Shown piece by piece: positions 31,051 through 44,380 of a stretch of DNA of 64,000 nt. Under the pieces are notes generated by a model that saw only the letters and a program-made list of their open reading frames with translations, was not told the DNA's origin and did not search any database. A program made the position numbers and the translations under genes. The stretch's first letter is position 1. Each line of letters starts with the position of its first letter. Source of the DNA: the human T2T-CHM13v2.0 reference genome, Homo sapiens; NCBI RefSeq assembly GCF_009914755.1, contig NC_060926.1; one strand, given 5' to 3'.

Positions 31051-32902
31051 ACAACTCAACAATACCTAATCCCCCGACATGGGGGAAATAATTGGCTATA
31101 GAAACCAATGATGGCTAGCATGTTCTTCTTGCTGAAGACATATTATCCTGAAAATGTGCACACTTTGATTTTAAAATGGGAGAATCTGGAGCTTCATTTC
31201 AAACCATAGTGCTTTCTACCTTACAAGTAAGTCACAAAAATAACCAATGTTTAAAGTAAGGTAAATAGAAGCACATTGCGTTTCTTATACTCATGGAACC
31301 ATGGAAATGCATAGAGGAATTGTTTATACCACACGTAGGGTGGTGGCCAGTTGACACCAACTTCTTAAAGCAATGGCAGTTTTAAATAAGGGAAAACAAA
31401 AAAATGTCAATCCTACCCCTGAGATTTGGCATGGGTGGGTCACTTGTATACTCAAACTATATGTTTCAGAAATATAATTTTCCAATACGGTAGGGAAGTA
31501 TTTGAGTTCAGAAATCTACATGAGATGCTTCTACATATCTTTATCATATACAAGAATAAAATTGAGTACGCAGATATCTCTACAAGTGTTTTGGCCTTTT
31601 TCATTTGCAGCAGATTTGTGATTTTGTAGGTATGAAAAAGAGAATATAAATACAATTTTCTTTAACATTTTTACACAGGTCTTATATATCATAAGATCTA
31701 GTTGAGTTACTTAGAAAAATAAAAATTGAATAATGCAAAATAGAAAACATTTTAAAAGTTAGTTGTAAATTTTTTAAGAAGCAGACAAGAATGCTGCTTC
31801 ATAGAAACTTTACCTTTGTACTGAGGGTGTTATTCATGATAGACACGGCTTTTATAGACACTATCTTTTGCATTTAAGTACAAGAAGATGTAGAGTAACC
31901 AGAATGATTAAGGTCACTTTAACACCAAAAAACCCATTTACTTGAGATCTCAAATTTGGTTTGTTTGAGTGTTTTTTTTTATTGCTAATCAAATTTGCTA
32001 TTTTTTTAAAAACTGCAAACTGTTGAATAAATTTTAATTAACCTTTCACAACATATAGTTGTGAGGCATAGAAATCTTATAGTGTCATTTCCTATCTTAG
32101 AAGTAATATAAGAAAATTATGAAATGGAGATTTTCAAGTCAAATTTTTCATACATTTCCAAAGATCATTTATAAAATGTAGATCTGCATGGAATAATGCT
32201 CAGTTTCCACTTGGATATAAATGGTTCTGGTTCAGTAAAAGTTAATTTGAAAGTTTAAAAGGGGATATGTTTCAAAGTGCTTGCAAAAGAAAACTGGGAA
32301 AAAAGTAAATGTTAAGTTATTCAATAAATTAGTAAAAAGTATCACTATGGAAACCTTTCAGCAGCCAGCAGAGAGAACTGTGTCCTGCACAGTTCCCTTC
32401 TGGGCACTCAGCTGTGTGCTGTAAGTTTCAGGTGTGGGGTCTGGTAGTCCCAGGGCCTTTAGCTTTGACTTGATTAACCCATCATTTCTTGTCTCTTTTG
32501 CAATACTACCAATCAATGTGTGAAGTCCCCAGCTCCTCTTTTGATGACATTGAAAAGCCGTTTATATAGATCACAAAGCTATGCCAGTTCTAAAATAGGT
32601 TTCAGCACTTTAGGCCCAATTCAATAGTGTCTCTATTATTATATTTGGTGGTTAAAGGTTACCAAGGAGGCATTGTTTTTTAACTGGTTCAATGACTTTG
32701 ATACTATTATTCATTACTTGAAAAAACATGTTTTTGTTATAGATATGTGTTTTGGAAAAATGACGGCAATTTCATGGTGTTGTGATTTACAGAGTATAAT
32801 TTCAGCATGAACTTGTATAGTCCCTTAGCTTGGTCAACCATAGCATTTATTTTCTGGTGATTTAAATTATTTGTTTATGGAGAAAATATTTACTGACTTA
32901 AA

Positions 32903-34838
32903 CTTTTTTTAATTATACTTTAAGTTCTGGGATATATGTGCAGAAAGTGCAGGTTTGTTACATAGGTATACACGTGCCATGGTGGTTTTCTGCACCCATC
33001 AACCCACCATCTACATTAGGTATTTCTCCTAATGCTATCCTTCCCCTAGGCCTCCACCCACCCAACAGGCCCCGATGTGTGATATTCCTCTCCCTGTGTC
33101 CACATGTTCTCATTCTCAACTCCCACTTATGAGTGAGAATATGCCATGTTCGGTTTTCTGTTCCTGTGTTAGTTTGCTGAGAATGATGGTTTCCAGCTTC
33201 ATACCTGTCCCTGCAAAGAACATGAACTCATCCTTTTTTATGGCTGCATAGTATTCAATGCTGTATATGTACCACATTTTATTTATCCAGTCTATCATTG
33301 ATGGGCATTTGAGTTGGTTCCAAGTCTTTGCTATTGTGAACAGTGCTGCAATAAACATATGTGTGCCTGTGTCTTTATAGTAGAATGGTTTATAATCCTT
33401 TGGGCATATACACAGTAATGAGATTGCTGGGTCAAATGGTATTTCTGGTTCTAGATCCTTGAGGAATTGCCACACTGTCTTCCACAATGGTTGAACTAAT
33501 TTACACTCCCACCAACAGTGTAAAAGCATTCCTATTTCTCCACATCCTCTCCAGCATCTGTTGTTTCCTAACTTTTTAATGATCACCATTCTAACTGGTG
33601 TGAGATGGTATCTCATTGAGGTTTTGATTTGCATTTCTCTAATGACCAGCGATCATAAGCGTTTTCCATATGTTTGTTGGCCACATAAATGTCTTCTTTT
33701 GAGAAGTGTCTGTTCATATCCTTTGCCCACATTTTTTGGGGGTTGTTTTTTTCTTGTAAATTTGTTTAAGTTGCTTGTAGATTCAGGATATTAGCGCTTT
33801 GTCAGGTGGATAGATTGCAAACAGTTTCTCCCACTCTGTAGGCTGCCTGTTCACTCTGATGATGGTTTCTTTTGCTCTGCAGAAGCTCTTTAGTTTAATT
33901 AGATCCCATTTGTCTATTTTGGCTTTTGTTGCCATTGCTTTTGGTGTTTTAGTCATGAAGTCTTTGCCCATGCCTATGTCCTGAATGTTATTGCCTGGAT
34001 TTTCTTCTAGAGTTTTTGTGGCTTTAGGTCTTACATTTAAGTCTTTAATTCATCTTGAGTTAATTTTTGTGTAAGGTATAAGGAAGGGGTCTAGTTTCAG
34101 TTTTCTGCATATGGCTAGACAGTTTTCCCAACATCATTTATTAAATAGGGAATCCTTTCCCCATTGCTTGTTTTTGTAAGGTTTGTCAAAGATCAGATGG
34201 TTGTAGATGTGTGGAGTTACTTCTGGGGCCTCTGTTCTGTTTTGTTGGTCTATAAATCTGTTTTGGTACCAGTACCATGCTGTTTTGGTTACTGTAGCCT
34301 TATAGAATACTTTGAAATCAGGTAGTGTGATGCCTCCAGCTTTGTTCTTTTTGCTTAGGATTGTCTTGGCTATACAGGCTCTTTTTTGGTTCATATGAAA
34401 TTTAAAGTAGTTTTTTTCTAATTCTGTGAAGAAAGTCATTGGTAGCTTGATGGGGATAGCACTGAATATATAAATAACTTTGGGCAGTATGGCCATTTGC
34501 ACAATATTGATTCTTCCTATCCATGAGCTGGGAATGTCTTTCTATTTGTTTGTGTCCTCTCTTATTTCCTTGAGCAGTGGTTTGTAGTTCTCTTTGAAGA
34601 GGTCCTTCACATCCCTTGTAAGTTGTACTCCGAGGTATTTTATTCTCTTTGTAGCAAATGTGAATGGGAGTTCCCTCATGATTTGGCCCTCTGTTTGTCT
34701 GTTAGTAGTGTATAGGAATGCTTGTGATTTTTGTCATTGATTTTTGTATCCTGAGAATTTGCTGAAGTCGCTTATCTGCTTAAGGAGATTTGGGGCTCTG
34801 ACTATGGGGTTTTCTAAATATACAATCATGTCATCTGC
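32903..34838 (-). mobile_element. L1PA7-like, 5'-truncated (3' UTR and distal ORF2, decayed)
   Basis: ORF-track peptides match L1 ORF2 (RYHLTPVRM...[28 protein letters not shown]; [31 protein letters not shown]). 3' UTR matches L1PA7. Confidence 0.95.
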
Positions 34839-35035
34839 CCACAGCCGATATCATACTGAATGGGCAAAAGCTGGGAAGCATTCTCTTTGAAAACCAGCAC
34901 AAGAAAAGGATGCCCTCTCTCACCATTCCTATTCGACATAGTATTGGAAGTTCTGGCCAGAGCAATCAGGCAAGAGAAAGAAATAATGGGTATTTATACA
35001 GGAAGAGAGGAAGTCAAATTTTCTCTGCTCACAGA
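34839..35035 (+). mobile_element. Inverted 5' segment of the same L1 (RT region)
   Basis: Encodes [29 protein letters not shown] and is contiguous in L1 coordinates with the adjacent antisense segment. Confidence 0.9.
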
Positions 35036-35349
35036 CTTAAAAATGTTAAAGCATTCACTCACTCACAATGTGGATATTTATCAGATATAATAGCTTGAGA
35101 CAGGAGAGTGAAAGGAAGGAAAAAGGAAAATGGAGAGCAGAGAAAAAGGAAAAGAGTAAAGAGAAAATAAATGGGCATAATTGATTTTATTGGAAACAAG
35201 AATAGTTTGAGGCTGAGAAAAAGGATAAGTCACATTTTCTTTGAAGGACTGACTTATTTGTTTGTACTTACTCCTCATGCCTGTAGACCATTAAGACAAT
35301 TTACAGTGGAGGCTGTTCTGAACTGCAGACATCCAGCCTTCTGCTTCTT

Positions 35350-35660
<311 letters not shown>

Positions 35661-38600
35661 GCCTTCTGTTTCTTGAGGTAAGAAGGCCACACAGGGCAGA
35701 TGTGCCACCCAACTTCCTAGATTCCTTTCTGCCCCCAAGTCAGGATTTGTGATTCTTATTGTTTTAATCTAAGGGATCCAGTTTTCTGTTTCTATTCTGA
35801 AAAATGTACAAAATACATGTTATTTATTAAATTTGAATACTTATACTACAGTATCTATAATTTTTATAATTTGAAGATTGCTCAAAATTTTAAATTTACT
35901 TTGTGAGCTATAGCCTTCTGATGAAGTAAGGTTAAAGGTTTCTCAGCTTGAAGATGAGCAAAAATGTGGGGTGTCACTGAGTCAATAATGTTCCAGGAGC
36001 AGAACTTGACAAAGACCTAGGGCTAAGGACAGGGACAGGGCTGGACTCAACATACAAAGAGACGAATTCAGACGAGCCCACTCTTGTGTTGTTAAAACCA
36101 AATGAAGCACAGTAAACCTTTTTTTCTTTCTGTTTTTTTTTTTTTTTTTTTTGCTTAAAGTCATGCATATCAAATCAGTCTCTTGGTTGATCAGACCAAC
36201 CCTCCTGTCTCCTTATGCAACTAATGCCCAGGTGCACCATTTCACACAGAATATTTTGTTCTCTAAACATTGAGCTCTGTTGTACATTCAATAATTTCGT
36301 GAAGTATCTTTTCTTTATCAAATATCAAGATTTAAAAAAATCATCTCATCGTTAGCTTATAAAAAAACCCTTGCCTTTCTAAAAGAAGCACCAAGACACT
36401 CTTTAAAACCTAATAAATGAATGTCCCGATAAAGCAGAATAACAAGTCCATCTTTCTCCAAAGAGTAAGTACAATTTTGATAAAATAAGGTAACTGAACA
36501 GCATTATGTTACACAGAAAGCAACTGAGAAAATCTTAGAAATGTATAAGTAGAACTTAAACAGGAAGAGGGGTCACTCTTCCCTTTAAAAAAAAATTAGA
36601 TTTTGACTATAAGATTTAAAATTATTTCACACTGTTTTTCATTTTTTTAATATAGTGCATTATTTAAACAATGTTATATTTTTGAAATTTGAAATTATTT
36701 GTCATCAAAATTGTATTAAAGTATATACACATAGATTCTAAAAAATTGTATTGCCTTAACTCTATTAGGGATCAAAAAAAAACCGTTATACAAGAAGCAA
36801 AGAATTTTTCAAGATAATTAATTTTGAAATTTCCTTGTATTATTTTTACATTTTAATAAGATGCCTATTATTATGAGATCAGCAAAGTACCCAGATGGAG
36901 CTGTATTTGAACATTGGTGAGCATAGAATACTGTGCATTTTTCCAATGGACTCTGATTATAGAAACACCTGTGCTATATAAATTTGTGCTGACCCACTGT
37001 GAAATTATGTTGTGTTCAACAGGCCTTAAAATTTCTCATTTCTCACCTGTGGGTGAAGCGTTCTACTTGCTATCAGCTTTAGTATCGCATACTTGTACTG
37101 ACGAAGATAAACCACATGAAGCTATTTAAAATATTTTGTATTATTCATCTCGCAATATGCATTCTTACTTAAATGTTTCTGTCATTTTAAACTTACTAAA
37201 TGAATATTTTAAATCTAATATAAAATCATTCCAAAAAACTTAAAGAAGACAAATATTTCCATTTTTTTTTTTAGAACTAGAAATTCTAAGTCTTTATTTG
37301 GAAATAGTCAAAGGTAAAATATCAGAGTTCAAAATGCTTCAGTAATTTTTATTGACATTTCTGTTTAAGAGAGGGGAATATATATGCTGTCAAATTAACT
37401 AACCAAGGCTGGGTGAATTCAACACAAAGCCTAGATAGATACAAAATAATCCATCATGTTGATACAGTGCCTTCAACACAAAAATACTAACCATGAGAAC
37501 ATTTCTGAGTTTTATGATAATAAACTGAGTTTTTCTGTTTTTATCTTGATATTTAGAGTTGAGTTATTACATCTAGAATTTTTAAGTTGCATAAGAATTT
37601 TTGGATTGCATAATGAAATATTGCAGTTTTCATAATTAAAATTTAAGGTGATTGGTTTCCATTTTATTTTAAAAACCTATGTCAATTATACGTATGACAG
37701 AATTGTAACAAGAAAATAAGATGCAGGATTTTATCAGATGGACAAATGCACCAAGTATGCGTACCTCAAATCTCTGTTGCATGCTCTCATCTTTAACTTG
37801 TAATCACTTCCAGAAGCACATTCAATTGGCTCTGGTTTTCCATGTCAAGTAAAAGATTATCCTGCAGAAATAAATTATTGATCTAAAGGAGGTTTCCTGC
37901 TCAAATTAGTTTAGAAAAGAAATAATAAATGTGTGTAAAGTGATTTTCTGATCTCATTTTATAATTATTTTCTGTAAATGCAGATTATTTCTGAGTCTTC
38001 TGCACCCACAAACAGCAAACCGTATGCTGCACTCTGCTAGGTTGTGCAGACCATGTGCAGCTACTTGTTACGACAAGCATAAATCAGTGTGAAACTCATA
38101 GACTATATAACTTATATCCAATTTATTACTAAAGACACATTTATTGGGATAGAATTTTTACAGTCTCATAATATTCTGAGAAGCTCACCATAAACTATTA
38201 ACGAGAGAGGAACACTATTAATAATGAACATCCCCGAGCAGTTATTTTCGGAAAGTCTTTGACCCTGAGAATGAAATTAGTTAAGCTGGGCTTGAGATAA
38301 TAAACATATACCCTTAATCCGATAAAATACCTGAAAAGAATTGTATTCATCTGATATCGTCATCTCAGAAACATCAGTTGCATTAAGAATTTTGTGAAGT
38401 ATGAACGAAGGCTTTTAAATATTGATACCTTTGTATTACATTATAAAATATTTATTCCCATTCTCATTTTGAATGTGTTGGACAATTCCTGATTTTCTGC
38501 CATCATTCTAGGGCAGCTTGGTGTTTTAAAAATCATCTTATAGACAAAATTGTATTATTCAGATGACTTAATTTAGGTCATTTAGTTTAAATGATTTTTA

Positions 38601-38988
38601 AAGTATAAACTTTTAATTGCTATTTTTTTCATTAGTGTTTTTTTTTTTAAATATTGTCCACATCAGTTAAGTGTATTATCACTGAAGTATCACATGTTAT
38701 TGCAACCTTAATAAAAGTGACTTAATTAACTTGTCAGGCTTTATCAACTGCTGAGTAAATAGATAAGCCCCATTTCAGTGTTTCTTTTTTTTCTTTTCTT
38801 TTTTCTTATGCTGATCCTGACTACCTAAATTGCACTCAGTTTTACAGACCTTTCACTGATCTATTACCAAAGAATCCGAAGGACAATGCCTTTCTACATG
38901 TAATAGGACTATGTCAGTGTGCGTGTGCCCATGTACCTGCTTTCATAAAATATTACGGACTCCCAAGATTTCTCTTCTGCAATTACAT

Positions 38989-39058
38989 TTAGGTTAAATC
39001 ATATGAGATTGCCAATATTTGGCTGTTTTGACTTATGATGAATATATGATTTGAAAAT
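38989..39058. mobile_element. MADE2-like mariner MITE remnant
   Basis: taggttaaatcatatgagattgccaatatttggc resembles the MADE2 TIR; the second arm is degraded. Confidence 0.5.
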
Positions 39059-39222
39059 TGACATCAGTATGTAGTTCTCAATAAGTTTGTGCATTTATTT
39101 TTTCCTTCTTTTCCTTCTTTAAAAACGTGTGTGTGCAAAATATTTATGAATCGACCAATTTTCTAGGAAAAACATCTAAAGTAGAAAATGGAAGTTCCCT
39201 CTTGCTCATCCAACTCCAAGTC

Positions 39223-39539
39223 TTTTTTTTTTCTTTTTCTTTTCTTTTTTTTTTTTTTTTTTTTTTTGAGACAGAGTTTCGCTCTGTTGCCCAGGCTGGA
39301 GTTCAGTGGTGTGATCTAGGCTCGTTAGAGCCTACACCTCTTGGGTTCAAGTGATTCTCCTGCCTCAGCCTGTAGGATTACAGGCACTCACCATGATGCC
39401 CAGCTAATTTTTGTATTTTTAGTGGAAACGGTGTTTTGCCATGTTGGCCAGGCTGGTCTTGAACTCCTGACCTCAGGTGATCCGCCTGCCTCAGCCTCCC
39501 AAAGTGCTGGGATTACAGGCATCAGCCACCGTGTCTGGC
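39223..39539 (-). mobile_element. AluS
   Basis: Antisense dimer with a small internal deletion; TSD ctcca(a/g)gtc(t/c)tttt. Confidence 0.95.
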
Positions 39540-39897
39540 TCCAGGTCCTTTTTTTTGAAGCATATATTTCCCAGGTTTACTTCCCCTTGAGTTTACACAG
39601 GCAGACACACGCATACATACGTTTCACAAAAACAGGATCGTGAGAAGAATGTGTTTGTAAAATTTCATTGTTCAACATTGAAAGAAACTTCCTAAAGTAA
39701 GTAAAACTGCCAAATGCAACTAATGATTGGAAAGAAGCAGCAAGAAACCAAGACAGAGACGTGGGACCCAAGAAACCCTGCGCACCTCACAGTGACACTG
39801 TCACGGAAGGTGAGCGGGAAGCCCATTGATGACTTTTTCAGGCCTTTTGCCACCTCTCCCTGAAGCTTTCTTAAGCCAAGTTTGTTTATATGTCTCA

Positions 39898-40377
39898 TGT
39901 ATTAATTTTTCTATTGCTGCTATAAAAATGACCTCAAACTGAGTGGCTGAGAACAACACAAATTTATCCACTTCCAGTTCTAGAGGTCAGAAGACCGAAA
40001 TGGATCTCACTGGGCTAAACTCAAGGTGTAGGTAGAGCTGTGTTACTCCTGGAAGATCTGAAGGCAGGATGCATTTCCTTTTGCTTTTCAGCTTTCTCAC
40101 ATTCCTTAGCTCACGGTGCCTTCCTCCACTTCAAAGCCTGCAGTGTACATCTTTATATCTCTCTCTGATTCTCTGCCTCCCTCCTCCATGTGTAAGGACC
40201 CTTTTTCATTACAATGGGCCCACTCGGATTATCCAGGATAACCTCCTCAAGGTCAGTTTAGTAACAGCCTTAATTCCATCTGCAACTTTAGTTTCCCATT
40301 ATGTGCAAACTGACACACCCACACGTCTTGGCTTTAGAATGTCGAGCTCTCTGAGGACCGTTATTCTTCCTTCCACT
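39898..40377 (-). mobile_element. MLT1D-like solo LTR
   Basis: tgtattaattttctattgctgctat...tctagaggtcagaag...gggcccactcggattatccaggataa. Confidence 0.85.
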
Positions 40378-40384
40378 CCTCTCA

Positions 40385-40895
40385 TACAGCACCAGGTCAG
40401 GTCATGATGCTCATGAACCCACCTCTTTAAAGCCTTTACCCAAATGCCAGCCTCTCTGTGATGCCCTCCCTGCCAGCCCCCCTAACATGGTAGCAGCCTT
40501 ATCTCCATCCCATTCCCTGCTTTTTTTTTTTATCATAACACTCATCACCATCTCATACTTTACTCATTTTTCCTCTTCAAGATGGATATTCACCTACCAG
40601 AATGTTCATTCTATGGGGGTGAAGATTTTTGTCTTTTGTTTATAGCTATTTCTGGTGCACCTTGAAATGCTCAATATGCATTTATGTAACTAATGTCCTA
40701 TGGCCCATGCTCTCTTAGGCATCCTCCAGCATGTTAAAGTCCCATATACGTGTATTATAATCTCCATAATCCCTGCATATTAAAAGTTATATCTAACCAC
40801 TTATGTACTGTAAATTAGGTGCCAAAAATTCAACAGTCAACAATTTTAATCAACAAATGCTTACTGAGAACTACTATGTCAGGCACTGTATCTTA
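40385..40895. mobile_element. L2 remnants (+ at 40385-40700, - at 40845-40895)
   Basis: L2 3' motifs atgctcaatatgcattt and tcaacaaatgcttactgagaactactatgtcaggcactg. Confidence 0.55.
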
Positions 40896-42356
40896 TCAGA
40901 GTTAGCCTTATTTTAAAAAATTGATGTACTGTGGCATATGTACATGCTAAATTTAAGTATTGTTTTGGGACATATTTGTATCACAAGTTTGTGTGCCCAT
41001 GTGTGCGATTGTGTTTGAGCTCCATCAAGAGTTCATTTCTGCTAGCACATAGGCTGCATGTGCTTTGGAGAAAAAGCTCCTTACTTGTATTGAGTAATAA
41101 AGGTCCTAGATTTAAAAAAAAAAATGTTTATTTCTTACTGTGTGGACTGTCCAAACCTTTACAAGACTGCCACGGAGTCAGGGCAAGTACGCAACAGTAC
41201 CGAAGGGTGTAGAGAGAAAATAATACAATGGCCCTAAACATGAACAGAATTTCCAAAGAGAAGAATGCTTATAGCTGAAAGGAGAATATCAACATTTAAA
41301 TTCAGCAAAATTATCTAGTATAGCAAAATCACATTTTAATGTGCAAACATAATACCCTCCTCTAATTAGTAACTAAAATGAGATAACATTTGCATTATAA
41401 CTTTTATGAGAAAACTCTCGGTAATCATATAATCATGGAAAACATTGGTACTATTGGATCATATATGAGCCACTACTTTAAGAAATTGTCAGTACAATCA
41501 ATCTTTAAGTTTTTACTATTGTGGTTTCTTTAACTATTCCCATGAGATAATTTTTTGATATAAAATTTTGGTCTTCACAGAATCATATATGGGCAATGTT
41601 TAAATTCATTCAATCTGTCAAATCCAGGCAAAAATACCTGTAAGATATTCCAACATCAAATCAAATAGCATTTTGTGGCTCTAATAAACTGAAATAAAGA
41701 AGGTATTGATGTACAGATATAATCATCCTATAACTAGAATATGCCCAATTGTCCCATGAATGCGTAAGTAGTATTCTCTAATACATAGGTTTGACTGATG
41801 CACTGTCAAATTGTTGTGGACTGCAGCTTTTATTTCACTATATTGTTTGTAGAATTCATAGTATTCTTGATAAATAATGCAACTATATCATTTCCATTAT
41901 ATTCTCAATTGTGTCATTTTCTGTCTTACATTTGGGGCGGAAATGTATTTTGAGGTAGTTTGTACTTGTTGAGTTTAATTGCTGATGAACTCACAGAAAA
42001 ATAAAGACTTGAGATTAAAGCCCCAGCACAGACAACCTGCAATGAACTGTGTCCACTTTTCCAGATCCCAGCTTCCACCAGACAGGAAGAGGCTGCTCCT
42101 TGGAGGAATTTCAGTTTAATCAGGGGAAGAGCAGAAAATACATGGAAAACATAATCAATAAAATCGACAACTTAAAATAGGATAAATGCTGTTGGTGAAG
42201 AAGATACATTAGAATAAAATGTTACAAGACTGTCTGTGGTTGCTTGGGCTAGGGTAATGAAGCTCCTTTGCCCTTCTGGCAAGAAGAGACATTTGAGCTA
42301 AATTTCAGAAATGGATTTTGTCAACCACTTATGTTATTAGAAGGAAGAGGTAACAC

Positions 42357-42678
<322 letters not shown>

Positions 42679-43354
42679 TTAGAAGTGGATATGTGGGAAT
42701 CCATCACAACCAATGGAATGTGGTGGGACAACGCAGGAACATGGCCTTTCATGATAGGTGAAAGTGTTTCATTGGATGTTTGAAATTGGATGTGAATTTC
42801 ATTGGATGTGAATATTGCACATATTCCATTGCTCCCTCTGCAGACTTCCAAATAACTTTGTTCCTCTGTGACCATTAAAGTAGTCACTATTGAGAAAATT
42901 ATTTGACTCTGTTTCTGCTACTAGAATTGAGCTCCTGCAGAGGAGGAGACAACATAGTCTTAGCACTCTACAATTTACAATGTCTGTGCTCCTCACTCAA
43001 AGTCACCATTTAGGAACATTTTCTATTAAATGTTGACACAGGGCTTTTTAATTTTAATTTTAAAATTGTATCGGTTGCAGTATAAATGTAACACATCTGA
43101 AAATTATCATTCATAGATAACTGTACACAACTTCTGCCTTCTGCATGTGCTTTCAGTGAATAGAAACTTCTATAGCATTTAAATGGAAGTTTTATGTTTG
43201 AGAAGACAACTTAATGAATAAAAATTGGACCAATACATAGAAAGGACCTTGTGGAATACCTGTTGAGCAAATGATTCTTCACCTTCCTGTAATTAAAATG
43301 GTTTCATAAGAATGATATTCATCTGTCCCTAGTTTTCTTTTTTTCTCTTCTTGT

Positions 43355-44037
43355 TTTAAAAATTTTGTTTTATTTTACTTTAAGTTCTGAGATACATGTG
43401 CTGAACGTGCAGGTTTGTTACATAGGTATACTTGCGCCATGGTGGTTTGCTGCACGTATCAACCTGTCATCCAGGTTTTAAGCCCTGCGTGCATTAGGTA
43501 TTTGTCCTGATCCTTTCCCTCCCCTTGTCCCCCACCCCACAAGAGGTCCAGGTGTATGATGTTCCCCTCCCTGTGTCCATGCATTCTCATTGTTAAACTC
43601 CCACTTACGAGTGAGAACATGCAGTATTTGGTTTCTGTTCTGTGTCAGTTTGCTGAGAATGATGGCTTCCAGCTTCATCAACTCGTTATTTTTTATGGCT
43701 GCATAGTATTCCATGGTGTATATGTGCCACATTTTATTTATCCAGTCTATCATTGAAGGGCATTTGGGTTGGTTCCATGTCTTTGCTATTGTGAACAGTG
43801 CTGCAATAAACATACGTGTGCATGTCTTCATAGTAGAACGATTTGTAATCCTTTGGGTATACACCCAGTAGTGGGACTGCTGGGTCAAATGGTGTTTCTG
43901 GTTCTAGATCCTTGAGGAATCACCACACTGTATTCCATAATGGTTGAACTAATTCACATTCCCACCAACAGTGTAAAAGCATTCCTATTTCTCCACATCC
44001 TCTCCAGCATCTGTTGTTTCCTGACTTTTTAATAATT
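43355..44037 (-). mobile_element. L1PA8-like 3' fragment
   Basis: aggttttaagccctgcgtgcattaggtatttgtcct diagnostic; ORF2 C-terminal peptide [25 protein letters not shown]. Confidence 0.92.
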
Positions 44038-44039
44038 GT

Positions 44040-44380
44040 TTTTCCTCTTTTTAAGTCAGAGTCATTAAAGCACAATTGACATACAATAAAATTAATATTT
44101 GGGGGGTAAAGTTGCACATACTTTGATAAATGCATATGACCATGTAACAATGACCATGGTAAAAAAAAAACCAGGACAGCTGAATTCTATCACATCAAAA
44201 AGTTACTTCATGCCCTTTTGCAACCAATTCCTTCTCCTCTATAGCCATTTCCCTAGCTGAACTTATTTGTGGCCTTATGGATTTGACTTTTTCAGAATTT
44301 CAAATGCATAAAATAATACAGTGCATATCCTTCTTTGTTTGGATTGATTTATTTATCATAATAGAGTTGAGCTCTATAAT
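44040..44380 (-). mobile_element. Old L1 (L1ME/MB) 3' fragment
   Basis: aattgacatacaataaa...ctttgataaatgcatatgaccatgtaac. Confidence 0.6.

Noticed and set aside
33116-35090. Reverse transcriptase/ORF2-like peptides as a functional or novel RT system
   Set aside because: Fragmented, frameshifted, 5'-truncated L1PA7 remnant.
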